From NCBI GenBank assembly GCA_964558595.1, contig CAZLER010000002.1, positions 31,414-95,413 on the forward strand: a stretch of DNA of 64,000 nt. The letters are read 5' to 3'. The translations under genes were made by a program, and so were the position numbers. Positions 54,485 to 63,014 of this stretch are shown here, piece by piece (the stretch's first letter is position 1; every line of letters starts with the position of its first letter). The notes under the pieces were generated by a model. That model had not been told where the DNA came from. It ran no database searches and was given only the letters and a program-made list of their open reading frames with translations. The DNA comes from an uncultured Thermotogae bacterium. GTDB taxonomy: Bacteria; Bipolaricaulota; Bipolaricaulia; UBA7950; UBA9294.

Positions 54485-55717
54485 GTGACCGAGCCAACCT
54501 ATCCGGCGGGATTCATGACGGAGAGACCGTTATGGGGGCGCGCGCTACGACGATACGGCTATGAGCTGGCCATCGCCGCATCCGACCTGATCGTCCTCGT
54601 CGCCCTCTGGGGCCTCCTCTCGTTCATCTGGAACGATCTCGTCCATGAGACGCGCGACTTCCTCTCGGTCGCTTGGTGGATCGTCGTCTTGGTCTGTCTC
54701 GAGCTCGCCTTCCTCTGGCAGAGCTTCGGTGTGAGCCCCGGACAACGTCTGCTCAGCCGCCGACTGGCGGACCGAGGCGCCGGAACCGGCATCGGACGCC
54801 GCATGCTGCGATGGGGGATGCTTCACCTGCAACCGCTGTATATCGTGACGATCCTCGGTTCGGCGACGTACACAGCGTGGCACGATCGGTGGAGCGGATT
54901 TCGCCTCGTCTCCGCCCCGGAGTCCAAGGAGCGCCGTCGCCCATGGTACCGGCGATCCTCGTCGATCGCGATCCTGGTCCTCGCCGCCGTGATGTTCCTC
55001 GCGTCGGCGCTGTTCACACAGGTTGATCTCGTCACGCTGTTCACCAATGCCTCCGCGACGACGGAGATCTGGCAGCGCATCCTGAATCCGGATTGGTCGA
55101 TCTTCGGCCTCGGCGTGCGGCTGTTGATCGTCACGCTGTACATGGCGTTTATGGCGACGTTGTTCGGCGTCCTGGTCTCCGTACCGCTCAGCTTCCTCGC
55201 GGCGCGCAACCTGTCGCAAGGCGTCGCGATGCGACTGGTCTACGCGGTCGTTCGCGTGGTCATGAGTGTCGTCCGGTCGATCGAGCCGATCATCTGGGCG
55301 ATCATCTTCGTCGTGTGGGTGCGGACCGGAAACGCCGCATTCGCGGGAACACTGGCGCTATTCGTCCACTCGGTCGCCGATCTGACGAAGCTGTACTCGG
55401 AGCGGCTCGAATCGATCGACCCCGGTCCGGTGGAGGCGATCCGCGCCACCGGAGCCAACGGACTGCAGGTCATCCTCTACGGCATCGTGCCGCAGATCGT
55501 CAACCCCTACCTGTCGTTCACGATCTACCGCTGGGACATCAATGTGCGTATGGCGACCATTATCGGCCTCGTCGGAGGGGGCGGCATCGGCCAGCGGCTG
55601 ATCCAGCTGACGCGCAACTGGGTGTGGGACGAGGCCATCGTGCTCATGCTGCTGATCATGGGCGCCGTGTGGGTGATGGACTACAGCTCGTCACGGCTTC
55701 GCGAACGGTTGAATTGA
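54485..55717 (+). CDS. Second RDD-like domain / PhnE-type permease fusion
   Basis: SPGQRLL..RL, WHDRWSG (RDD-like); KLYSE..E, YRWDINVR.ATIIG.VGGGGIG; alternative start 54515. Confidence 0.8.
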   Translation: MTEPTYPAGFMTERPLWGRALRRYGYELAIAASDLIVLVALWGLLSFIWNDLVHETRDFLSVAWWIVVLVCLELAFLWQSFGVSPGQRLLSRRLADRGAGTGIGRRMLRWGMLHLQPLYIVTILGSATYTAWHDRWSGFRLVSAPESKERRRPWYRRSSSIAILVLAAVMFLASALFTQVDLVTLFTNASATTEIWQRILNPDWSIFGLGVRLLIVTLYMAFMATLFGVLVSVPLSFLAARNLSQGVAMRLVYAVVRVVMSVVRSIEPIIWAIIFVVWVRTGNAAFAGTLALFVHSVADLTKLYSERLESIDPGPVEAIRATGANGLQVILYGIVPQIVNPYLSFTIYRWDINVRMATIIGLVGGGGIGQRLIQLTRNWVWDEAIVLMLLIMGAVWVMDYSSSRLRERLN

Positions 55718-55730
55718 CCTCGCGAGTCGG

Positions 55731-55943
55731 CTACCCGGAGGTCAATGACTCGAGGTACTCCTCGATGTCCTCCAACCCAAACGTCGTCTTCAGGGCGACG
55801 TTGTCCTCCAGCCAGGCGTCCTTGATCGTATCGTCGCGCCGAATCTCGACGTCCTTGATCCCGCACGCGTCGACCATCTTGCGCGCCTCTTCCTCGATCT
55901 GGCGGTCCTTCACGCGAAACAGAAACCGCGGAAAGCTCGACAT
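55731..55943 (-). CDS. Small hypothetical protein (70 aa)
   Basis: SD GGAGG then ATG MSSFPRFLFRVKD; globular, charged composition. Confidence 0.7.
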   Translation of the reverse strand: MSSFPRFLFRVKDRQIEEEARKMVDACGIKDVEIRRDDTIKDAWLEDNVALKTTFGLEDIEEYLESLTSG

Positions 55944-56067
55944 CCTCGCACCTCCCGAGGCAAGTATATCCAGGCTGACCCGCCGGACCACCCGTGCGGG
56001 ATCGCAAGTGGGAGATCGCGACGGGCGAAGACGGGGATACGAGGCGATCTCATCGCTTGCTTCTTCG

Positions 56068-56096
56068 TTGCATGGCCCGCTGCCTCGGCCTAGAAT
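56068..56096 (+). promoter_or_regulatory. pdp promoter (near-leaderless)
   Basis: TTGCAT-17 nt-TAGAAT, 8 nt upstream of GTG 56105, no SD. Confidence 0.6.
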
Positions 56097-56104
56097 CCCG
56101 CGTT

Positions 56105-57421
56105 GTGAACACGGTCGAGGTGATCGCCAAGAAGCGGGACGGCGGGAAACTTTCCCGAGCGGAGATCGAGCATTGGATCGTAGGCGCGGTCGATGGGTCG
56201 ATTCCCGCCTATCAGAGCGCTGCCCTGTTGATGGCGATCCGACTGCGCGGTATGACCGACGACGAAGCGGCCATTCTCACCGATGCGATGGCCCACTCCG
56301 GCACCCAGTTCACCGCCGAGGACCTCGGCGGATTCACCGTGGACAAGCACTCGACCGGTGGCGTCGGGGATACGACGACGCTGGTGTTGCTTCCGCTGCT
56401 CGCCGCCGCCGGTCTGACGGTGGGGAAGCTCTCCGGCCGTGGCCTCGGGCACACCGGGGGCACGATCGACAAGCTGGAGTCCATCCCGGGGTTTCGCACC
56501 GACCTGTCCCGCGACCGGTTCCTCGAGCTCGTACGGACCGCCGGGCTCGCCCTCGCCGACCACACCGCCGACATGGTCCCTGCCGACCGGATGCTGTACG
56601 AGCTGCGCGACGTGACGGCCACCGTCGACTCGCTGCCGCTGATCGTGGCCTCGATCATGTCCAAGAAGATCGCCGGCGGCGCCCAGGGCATCGTGATCGA
56701 CGTGAAGACCGGTGCCGGCGCGTTCCTGCCAACCCTCGACGACTCCCGACGCCTCGCTGCGTCGCTCGTCGCCATCGGGGCCAAGTTGGGGCGGAAGATG
56801 GCCGCGTTGATCACCGACATGTCGCAACCGCTCGGGCGAGCCGTCGGCAACGCGATCGAGGTGCGCGAAGCGATCGCCACCCTCCAAGGCGACGGACCGG
56901 AGGATCTCGCCCGGCTCTGTTGCGAGCTCGGCGCCGAATTGGTGCTGTTCGCCGACGGCTCGGACGACCGGGACGCGGCGATCGCCCGGCTGGAGCGCAG
57001 CTTGGTGAACGGCACGGCGTTGGAGACGTTCGGCGAGATGATCGGGCGTCAGGGGGGCAACCCCGCCGTGATCGACGATCCCTCGTTGCTGCCGCGCGCC
57101 GCCCGCCGGGTCGAGGCGCGCTCGCCGCGCACCGGTGCCGTTGAGCGGCTCGACGCGTTGGCGATGGGAAAGGCGGCGAATCTCCTCGGCGCCGGACGGT
57201 TCACCGTCGAGGACAGGATCGATCCCGCCGTCGGCATCGAGCTGATCCGCAAGATCGGCGATCCGGTGGAGCGTGAGGAACTGCTCGCCATCCTCCACGT
57301 CAACGACGAGACCCATCTGGAGGTCGCCTGTCGGATGGTCGAGGATGCCTACACCATCGCCCCCGAGGCCGGCGGGATCGCCCCCCCGCCGCTGGTCGTC
57401 GACCGGATCGTCGCCGGTTAG
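56105..57421 (+). CDS. pdp: Pyrimidine-nucleoside / thymidine phosphorylase
   Basis: IAKKRDG, DKHSTGGVGD, KLSGRGLGHTGGTIDKLESIPG, SIMSKKIA.G, DVKTG.GAF, LGAGR. Confidence 0.96.
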   Translation: MNTVEVIAKKRDGGKLSRAEIEHWIVGAVDGSIPAYQSAALLMAIRLRGMTDDEAAILTDAMAHSGTQFTAEDLGGFTVDKHSTGGVGDTTTLVLLPLLAAAGLTVGKLSGRGLGHTGGTIDKLESIPGFRTDLSRDRFLELVRTAGLALADHTADMVPADRMLYELRDVTATVDSLPLIVASIMSKKIAGGAQGIVIDVKTGAGAFLPTLDDSRRLAASLVAIGAKLGRKMAALITDMSQPLGRAVGNAIEVREAIATLQGDGPEDLARLCCELGAELVLFADGSDDRDAAIARLERSLVNGTALETFGEMIGRQGGNPAVIDDPSLLPRAARRVEARSPRTGAVERLDALAMGKAANLLGAGRFTVEDRIDPAVGIELIRKIGDPVEREELLAILHVNDETHLEVACRMVEDAYTIAPEAGGIAPPPLVVDRIVAG

Positions 57422-57822
57422 CCCTCGAGGCCGCGCGCTTCCGTCTCCAGGGAGAACGCGTCCGGCAGCAGGGCACGCACCGTCGTCCGGATGAATCGTC
57501 CGTCCGGATTGCCGAGCAGAAGCTCCATCTCCGGCGCGTGTTCGTGGAGCACCTGTCGACAGGCCCCGCACGGTCGACAGTGGTCCGAGGCGCACGTCAC
57601 CGCCAGCTTGGCGAACCGCCGCTTTCCCTCGGAGATCGCCTTGAACAGGGCCACCCGTTCGGCGCACAGCGACAAGCCGTTGACCGCGTTCTCGACGTTG
57701 GCCCCGGTCACCACCGTGCCGTCCTCGCACAGCAGCGCCGCCCCGACGGGGAAGCGCGAATAGGGGGCGTACGCGCGGTCCCGCGCTTGATTGGCCCGCT
57801 CGAGCAGCTGTCGATCGTCCAT
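57418..57822 (-). CDS. cdd: Cytidine deaminase (homotetrameric type)
   Basis: AYAPYS.FPVGAA, GANVEN, CAER, PCGACRQ. Confidence 0.95.
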   Translation of the reverse strand: MDDRQLLERANQARDRAYAPYSRFPVGAALLCEDGTVVTGANVENAVNGLSLCAERVALFKAISEGKRRFAKLAVTCASDHCRPCGACRQVLHEHAPEMELLLGNPDGRFIRTTVRALLPDAFSLETEARGLEG

Positions 57823-58667
57823 CAGAAGCGAATCGTGATGCCCAGCTGTGCCGCCAGCCCGGCGGGGCCGAGTCCCCACCAACCGCGTGGCTTGCTCACA
57901 GGGAGAAGGAAGCGCAGCTCGGCACCGAAACGAAGGAATGGCGGTCCGAGCTCCAGTCCGACCGCCGCGTGGATGGCGACCGTCGACCATCGCAACCCAT
58001 CCAGATGCAGCGCCGCGAGGGCGGCGGCGGCGGCGGGCTCCATCTGCGGCGGGAGATCGAGCTCGATCGCCGGCTCGATCCACCCGGCGAGGACGTCGAT
58101 CCCTCCCGCGAACGAGAGCGCCGCGATCAGGGCATCGAGTCGTTTGACCAGGTCGACCGACAGCATCCACGACGAGAACGCCGCGTCCACCGTCGCCGCG
58201 GCGACGACCTCTCCGGTGTGGATCGCCGCGTCGAACAACGGCTGGGGAATGACGAGCCCCGCCCGGGCGGCGATACCACGCACCCAACCGTCAGTGATCA
58301 CGCCACCACCGAGCCGAACGCCGTCGATGACGATGCCGGGCAGCGGAATCTCCACCCCACCCCCGATCAGCGGCAGCGGCAGCCCGGCCGGCAGCGCCTC
58401 CGCGACGTCGCCGACGTCCTCCAACGCCGCGTCGATTCCCGCGGCGAGCTCTGCGATCTCCTGCTCGGAGACGCCGAGATCGCGCAGCGCGTCTTCCATC
58501 GAGGCGAACGCCGCATCAATCGCGATCGGGAGGCGGTCGGCGGCCACGGCCACGTCGAGACCGTACACCGGCACCCCCAGACTCACCCCGACGGCCGTGC
58601 CGATCGCGGCGTATCCCATCACCCCGCAGATCGTGACGACGAGGAGGCGCACGGCACGGGGGTTCAT
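57822..58667 (-). CDS. Hypothetical secreted protein, candidate small beta-barrel
   Basis: Signal peptide, alternating amphipathic strands, C-terminus LGITIRF; coupled to both neighbours. Confidence 0.6.
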   Translation of the reverse strand: MNPRAVRLLVVTICGVMGYAAIGTAVGVSLGVPVYGLDVAVAADRLPIAIDAAFASMEDALRDLGVSEQEIAELAAGIDAALEDVGDVAEALPAGLPLPLIGGGVEIPLPGIVIDGVRLGGGVITDGWVRGIAARAGLVIPQPLFDAAIHTGEVVAAATVDAAFSSWMLSVDLVKRLDALIAALSFAGGIDVLAGWIEPAIELDLPPQMEPAAAAALAALHLDGLRWSTVAIHAAVGLELGPPFLRFGAELRFLLPVSKPRGWWGLGPAGLAAQLGITIRF

Positions 58668-60289
58668 CGTCGATCCCAGCCCTCCCACTCGCGGCGCTTC
58701 AGCTCGGCCCGCTTGATCTTGCCGCTGGTCGTCTTGGGTAGCTCGCCGACATATTCGATCGCACGCGGGTACTTGTACGGCGCCGTTTCGTTCTTGACGT
58801 GATCCTGCAGTTGCGCCGTCAGCTCCTCCGACGGCTCTCGTCCCTGGGCAAGGACAACGAACGCCTTGACGATCTCCCCACGGTCCCGGTGCGGTGCGGC
58901 CACCGCCGCCGCTTCGACCACCGCCGGATGGCTGACCAGCGCATCCTCGACCTCGAACGGCCCGATCCGGTATCCGGAGGTCAGGATCACGTCGTCCGCC
59001 CGTCCCTCGAAGAACAGGTATCCGTCCTCGTCCATCCGGGCCAGATCGCCGGTGCGATACCATCCTCCCGAGAACGCCTCCGCGTCGAGCTCGGGGGCTT
59101 CCCAGTAGCCGTCGAAGATCGCCGGGCTGTCCGGCTTGAGCGCGATCTCCCCGACCTCGCCCTGCGCCACCGGTCGGCCGCCCTCGTCGATCAGTAGGAC
59201 GCCCGGGCCCGGCGTGGGGAGGCCCATTGCCCCCGGTTTGACCGGCATCCCCGGCAGGTTGCACACCAGGCAGATGCTCTCGGTCTGCCCGTACCCATCG
59301 CGGATCGTTACCCCAAACGCGCGCTTGAACGCGTCGATCGGTTCGATGTTCAGCGGCTCACCGGCCGACAGGGCGTCCTGCAACACCAGGCGGTGCCGGC
59401 CCATCTCCGGGTACTGGGCAAACAAACGGTACTCGGTCGGCGTCGCGCACAGCTTGGTGACGGCGTGCTTCTCCATCAGCTCCAGGTACCGCTGCGCATC
59501 GAATCGGCCGTTGTACATGAACTGTGTCGCTCCCGAGGTCAGGGATACGCCGATTGGGCTCCAATACCACTTCGCCCATCCCGGCGCAGTCGTCGCCCAC
59601 ACGATGTCGTTCGGCTCGGCATCGTACCAGTAGCGCGCCGTCACCCGGTGGTGACAGTACATCCACCGGTGCTTGTGAACGACCGGCTTCGGATTCCCGG
59701 TGGTCCCCGACGTGAAGTTGATCGTCATCGGATCGTCGGCGACCAGGCTCACCTTCTCGACGCCCGGATCGGCCGCCGCGACCAGCTCCTCGAACCGGTA
59801 CCAACCATCGCGGGGCCCCTCGGCACCGATCAGGATGAACGTCTTGAGCGGGCAGTCCCCACGGGCGGCATCGACCATATCCGCCGTCGACCCGTCGGCG
59901 ACGATCACCGTCGCCCCGCTCACCTGGGATCGATACGCGATCTCCTTGCTCTTGAGCATCTCCGAGCAGGGGACCGCGACCCCGCCGGCGACGAATGTTC
60001 CCAACTGCGCCATATGCGCCTCGGGAAGCCGCGGAAGGACGTGCAGCACAGGATCGGACTTCCCAACCCCCAGACCGATCAGCGCACCACCGAACCGGCG
60101 CATGCCGTCGGTAAGCTCCATGTAGGTGACCCGGCGCTCGCGTCCCGCCGCGTCCTCCCAGATCACGGCCGGCTTCTCGGGATGTCTCCCGGCGTGTCCC
60201 TCGACCACATCGACGATGTTGTACGCCGTGGGGATCTCCCACCGAAACGTCTCCAGCTCCTTGCGGTATAGCGCCGCGTCGTATCGCAT
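58664..60289 (-). CDS. Acyl-CoA synthetase (AMP-binding, short/medium-chain ACSM-like)
   Basis: FTSGTTGNPK, PGWAK, SAGEPLN, YGQTE, TGD, GRADDVI, IGPFEVE, LPKT.SGKI. Confidence 0.93.
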   Translation of the reverse strand: MRYDAALYRKELETFRWEIPTAYNIVDVVEGHAGRHPEKPAVIWEDAAGRERRVTYMELTDGMRRFGGALIGLGVGKSDPVLHVLPRLPEAHMAQLGTFVAGGVAVPCSEMLKSKEIAYRSQVSGATVIVADGSTADMVDAARGDCPLKTFILIGAEGPRDGWYRFEELVAAADPGVEKVSLVADDPMTINFTSGTTGNPKPVVHKHRWMYCHHRVTARYWYDAEPNDIVWATTAPGWAKWYWSPIGVSLTSGATQFMYNGRFDAQRYLELMEKHAVTKLCATPTEYRLFAQYPEMGRHRLVLQDALSAGEPLNIEPIDAFKRAFGVTIRDGYGQTESICLVCNLPGMPVKPGAMGLPTPGPGVLLIDEGGRPVAQGEVGEIALKPDSPAIFDGYWEAPELDAEAFSGGWYRTGDLARMDEDGYLFFEGRADDVILTSGYRIGPFEVEDALVSHPAVVEAAAVAAPHRDRGEIVKAFVVLAQGREPSEELTAQLQDHVKNETAPYKYPRAIEYVGELPKTTSGKIKRAELKRREWEGWDRR

Positions 60290-60377
60290 TGGTGTGCATC
60301 ACCCCGAAACGGTGTTTTGATCGTGCGTCAAGCTTTCTATAGCATATCGGCAATTCCAACGCCAATCGAGGTGTCCG

Positions 60378-61133
60378 ATGAGAGCATCGATCGTGATGAG
60401 TCCGGCGATGTCCAAGCGACTGATCGCCAAGGGGGTCGCGGCGCTTCCCGAGGTGCGCACGGCGCTGGAGCGGGGCCGCATCGTCGTGACGCTCGGCAGC
60501 ACCAACGCATTCGTCGTCGAGGAGCTGCTCGGCGACCGGATCGACCGGGAAGCGTTCGCGGCAGGGTTCATCGACGACCGATGGAACATCAACGCCCGGC
60601 TGGGGGACGCCGGCGACGTCCTCATCGTTCGAGGTGAACACGTCGATACCTCCCCCGCGGCGATTCCCGGCGACTTGAAGGCGGGCGACGTCGTGATCAA
60701 GGGGGGCAACGCGCTCGATCCCGAAGGGGTCGTCGGGGTGCTGCTCGGCGCAGCCACCGGGGGCACGGTGGCGCGATACGTGGCCGGCTGCGCGGCTCGC
60801 GGGGTGTCGTTGGTCTGCCCGATCGGACTGGCCAAGTCGATCCATGGTTCGGTCGCCCAGCTCTCGGGGGAGATGGGCATCGGGCGGACCGCGTTGCACC
60901 ACGGCGTGCCCTGCGGGCTGTACCCGTTACACGCGCGCACCGTCACCGAGATCGACGCCCTGGAGAGCCTGTTCCCGGTACGGGCCCTCCACGTCGCGTC
61001 GGGCGGCGTCGGGGCGGGCGCGGCGACCGTCTCGTTGCTCATCGAGGGGGAAGACGCGCCGGTACGCGAGGCATTCGCCGCCATCGACGGACTGCGCGGA
61101 GACGCCGATCCGCAGCTCGTCGGACGGGCATGA
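60378..61133 (+). CDS. Conserved-looking hypothetical protein
   Basis: SKRLIAKG, GSTNAFV, IKGGNALD, PIGLAK, ASGGVG; coupled to the yigZ-like gene. Confidence 0.75.
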   Translation: MRASIVMSPAMSKRLIAKGVAALPEVRTALERGRIVVTLGSTNAFVVEELLGDRIDREAFAAGFIDDRWNINARLGDAGDVLIVRGEHVDTSPAAIPGDLKAGDVVIKGGNALDPEGVVGVLLGAATGGTVARYVAGCAARGVSLVCPIGLAKSIHGSVAQLSGEMGIGRTALHHGVPCGLYPLHARTVTEIDALESLFPVRALHVASGGVGAGAATVSLLIEGEDAPVREAFAAIDGLRGDADPQLVGRA

Positions 61134-61741
61134 TCGAGTCGTATCGAACCCTTGTCGAGCCGGCCTCGGCGAAGATCACGCGCAAGCGGTCCCGCTTCCT
61201 GTCCTACGTGGTTCCCGTCCGCGACCCCGAGGAGGCCGACGCCCGTCTCGCCGAGCTTCGCCGGGCCCATCACGACGCCTCACATCATGTCTCCGCCCGC
61301 CGGGTCCTCGAGAACGACGAAGCGTTCGGGAGCTGCGATGACGACGGAGAACCGCACGGCTCCGCGGGACCACCGATCCTCCGCCGCCTCGAGGAGGCCG
61401 ACCTGATGAACGTTCTGGCGGTCGTCGTCCGCTACTACGGCGGGACCCAGCTCGGGGTCGGGGGGCTGATCCGTGCCTACGCCGACGCGGTGGCGGCCGC
61501 GCTGTCCGAGGCCCGGATCATCGTTCGGCGAAGGACGGTCGACCTGGTGCTTCGCTTCCCCGCCGACGTACACTCGAGGGTCATGTCGACGCTACATCGT
61601 TGCGGGGCGGAGATCCGGGAGGTCCGTTTCGCGGAGACCGCCGAGGTCACGGTGCGGGTCGCTCCCAGCACGGCGACGTCGCTTCGAGCCTCCCTGCGGG
61701 AAGCGACCGGCGACCGCGTTGCTGCGGAGGTCGTTCGATGA
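61130..61741 (+). CDS. yigZ: YigZ/IMPACT family protein
   Basis: KRSRF, H.DASHH, DDGEP.GSAG.P, VVRYYGG..LG.GGL.RAY. Confidence 0.92.
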   Translation: MIESYRTLVEPASAKITRKRSRFLSYVVPVRDPEEADARLAELRRAHHDASHHVSARRVLENDEAFGSCDDDGEPHGSAGPPILRRLEEADLMNVLAVVVRYYGGTQLGVGGLIRAYADAVAAALSEARIIVRRRTVDLVLRFPADVHSRVMSTLHRCGAEIREVRFAETAEVTVRVAPSTATSLRASLREATGDRVAAEVVR

Positions 61742-62322
61742 TTGAGGCGATTCGCGGCGACGTCGCGCACGTCGGCGCCGATCATGTCGTTCTCGATACG
61801 GGCTCGATCTCGTATCGGATCGACTGTCCCACCGAAACGCTTCGCCGATGCCAGGACCGGCAAATCGAACAGCTGTATGTCCATCTGATCGTTCGTGAGG
61901 ACACGATGCAGCTGTTCGGGTTCGCGTCGCCGGAAGAGCGCGAGCTGTTCCGAAAGCTGCTTACCGTCGGACAAGTCGGTCCGCGGCTGGCGTTGCAGCT
62001 GCTATCCGCGCTTCCGCTGCCCGCGTTTGTCGACGCCGTCGCCGCCAACGACGTCGATCGGTTGACGACGGTGAAGGGGATCGGCACGAAGACCGCGCAG
62101 CGGATCCTCATCGATCTGCGCGACAAGGTGGCCGGAATCGCGGAGGAGGGCGGCTTCCTCCTCTCCGAGCCCGAGGAGACGGCGCTGCGCGCGCTCACCT
62201 CCAAGGCGCTCGGCTTTTCGGCGCGGGAAGCGCGCCACGCCATTGAGCGGCTTCGCGGCGACGAGATGTCGGCCGAGGAGCTGGTCCGCCGCGCCCTGGC
62301 AGCGCTCGGGCAGCGAGGATGA
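61738..62322 (+). CDS. ruvA: Holliday junction branch migration protein RuvA
   Basis: MI..IRG, L.VRED...LFGF....ER.LF..L..V..VGP..AL, L..VKGIG.KTA.RI. Confidence 0.93.
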   Translation: MIEAIRGDVAHVGADHVVLDTGSISYRIDCPTETLRRCQDRQIEQLYVHLIVREDTMQLFGFASPEERELFRKLLTVGQVGPRLALQLLSALPLPAFVDAVAANDVDRLTTVKGIGTKTAQRILIDLRDKVAGIAEEGGFLLSEPEETALRALTSKALGFSAREARHAIERLRGDEMSAEELVRRALAALGQRG

Positions 62323-62834
62323 GAATCCTCGCCCTCGACTACGGCACCCGCCGCATCGGCCTGGCCCTCAGCGACGAGGGCGCGGTCCTGGCCAGCCCGC
62401 TGCCCGCTCTCGCCCGTCGTGGTTCGGAGCAACAGGACATGGCCGCGCTGCGGACGCTGCTGCGGGAGGAAGGGGTGGTGGAAGTCGTGGTGGGATGGCC
62501 ATTACACGCCAACGGTTCCCGCGGGGAGATGGCCCGCCAAGCGGAGTGGTTTGCCGAGCGCCTCCGTGCGGTAAGCCGGCTTCCGGTGCAACTGTTCGAC
62601 GAGCGGTTCACCAGCCAACAAGCGGAGCGGGCGATGATCGAGGGCGATCTGTCACGGCGGCGGCGGCGGGAGCTGCGCGACAGCCTGGCGGCGGTGCTGA
62701 TCCTGCAGGCGTACCTCGATCGGCGCCACGGCCCGCCGACGGTGCCCGAAGAAGCTTCTCGCCGTTCTTCTCTTCCCGATGGAGAAACTCGAGAATCGCC
62801 TCGACCACCGGATCCTTCACCGATCGATCCTTGA
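62319..62834 (+). CDS. ruvX: Holliday junction resolvase RuvX / YqgF
   Basis: ILALDYG.RRIGLA.SD, VVGWP, DERFTS, D..AA.LILQ.YLD; extended C-terminus. Confidence 0.92.
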   Translation: MRILALDYGTRRIGLALSDEGAVLASPLPALARRGSEQQDMAALRTLLREEGVVEVVVGWPLHANGSRGEMARQAEWFAERLRAVSRLPVQLFDERFTSQQAERAMIEGDLSRRRRRELRDSLAAVLILQAYLDRRHGPPTVPEEASRRSSLPDGETRESPRPPDPSPIDP

Positions 62835-62928
62835 CCTCGGTCAGCTTGAGCAACCGGTCGACCGGGCGTTGGTCGATCTTGCGCTTCGGAACGTAGTTCG
62901 AGATCTTGTCGAAAAGCTCCTTTGCCAC
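62608..62928 (-). CDS. Putative ribbon-helix-helix (CopG-like) DNA-binding protein with a C-terminal run-on
   Basis: SD GGAGGG before GTG; YVP...RL..L....RS....VVEAI.EFL.RE pattern in the first ~55 aa. Confidence 0.6.
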   Translation of the reverse strand: MAKELFDKISNYVPKRKIDQRPVDRLLKLTEVKDRSVKDPVVEAILEFLHREEKNGEKLLRAPSAGRGADRGTPAGSAPPPGCRAAPAAAAVTDRPRSSPAPLVGW

Positions 62929-63014
62929 GCCCTACCCTCCCGTTCGCCGGGATGTGTGTAGTGTAGTAACTACTACTAGATGGGGACCGTGCGGACGGCG
63001 GGGACGAGCCGCCG

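Noticed and set aside
61738-62834. ruvA without ruvB/ruvC
   Set aside because: Split ruv loci are common and the rest of the genome is not visible
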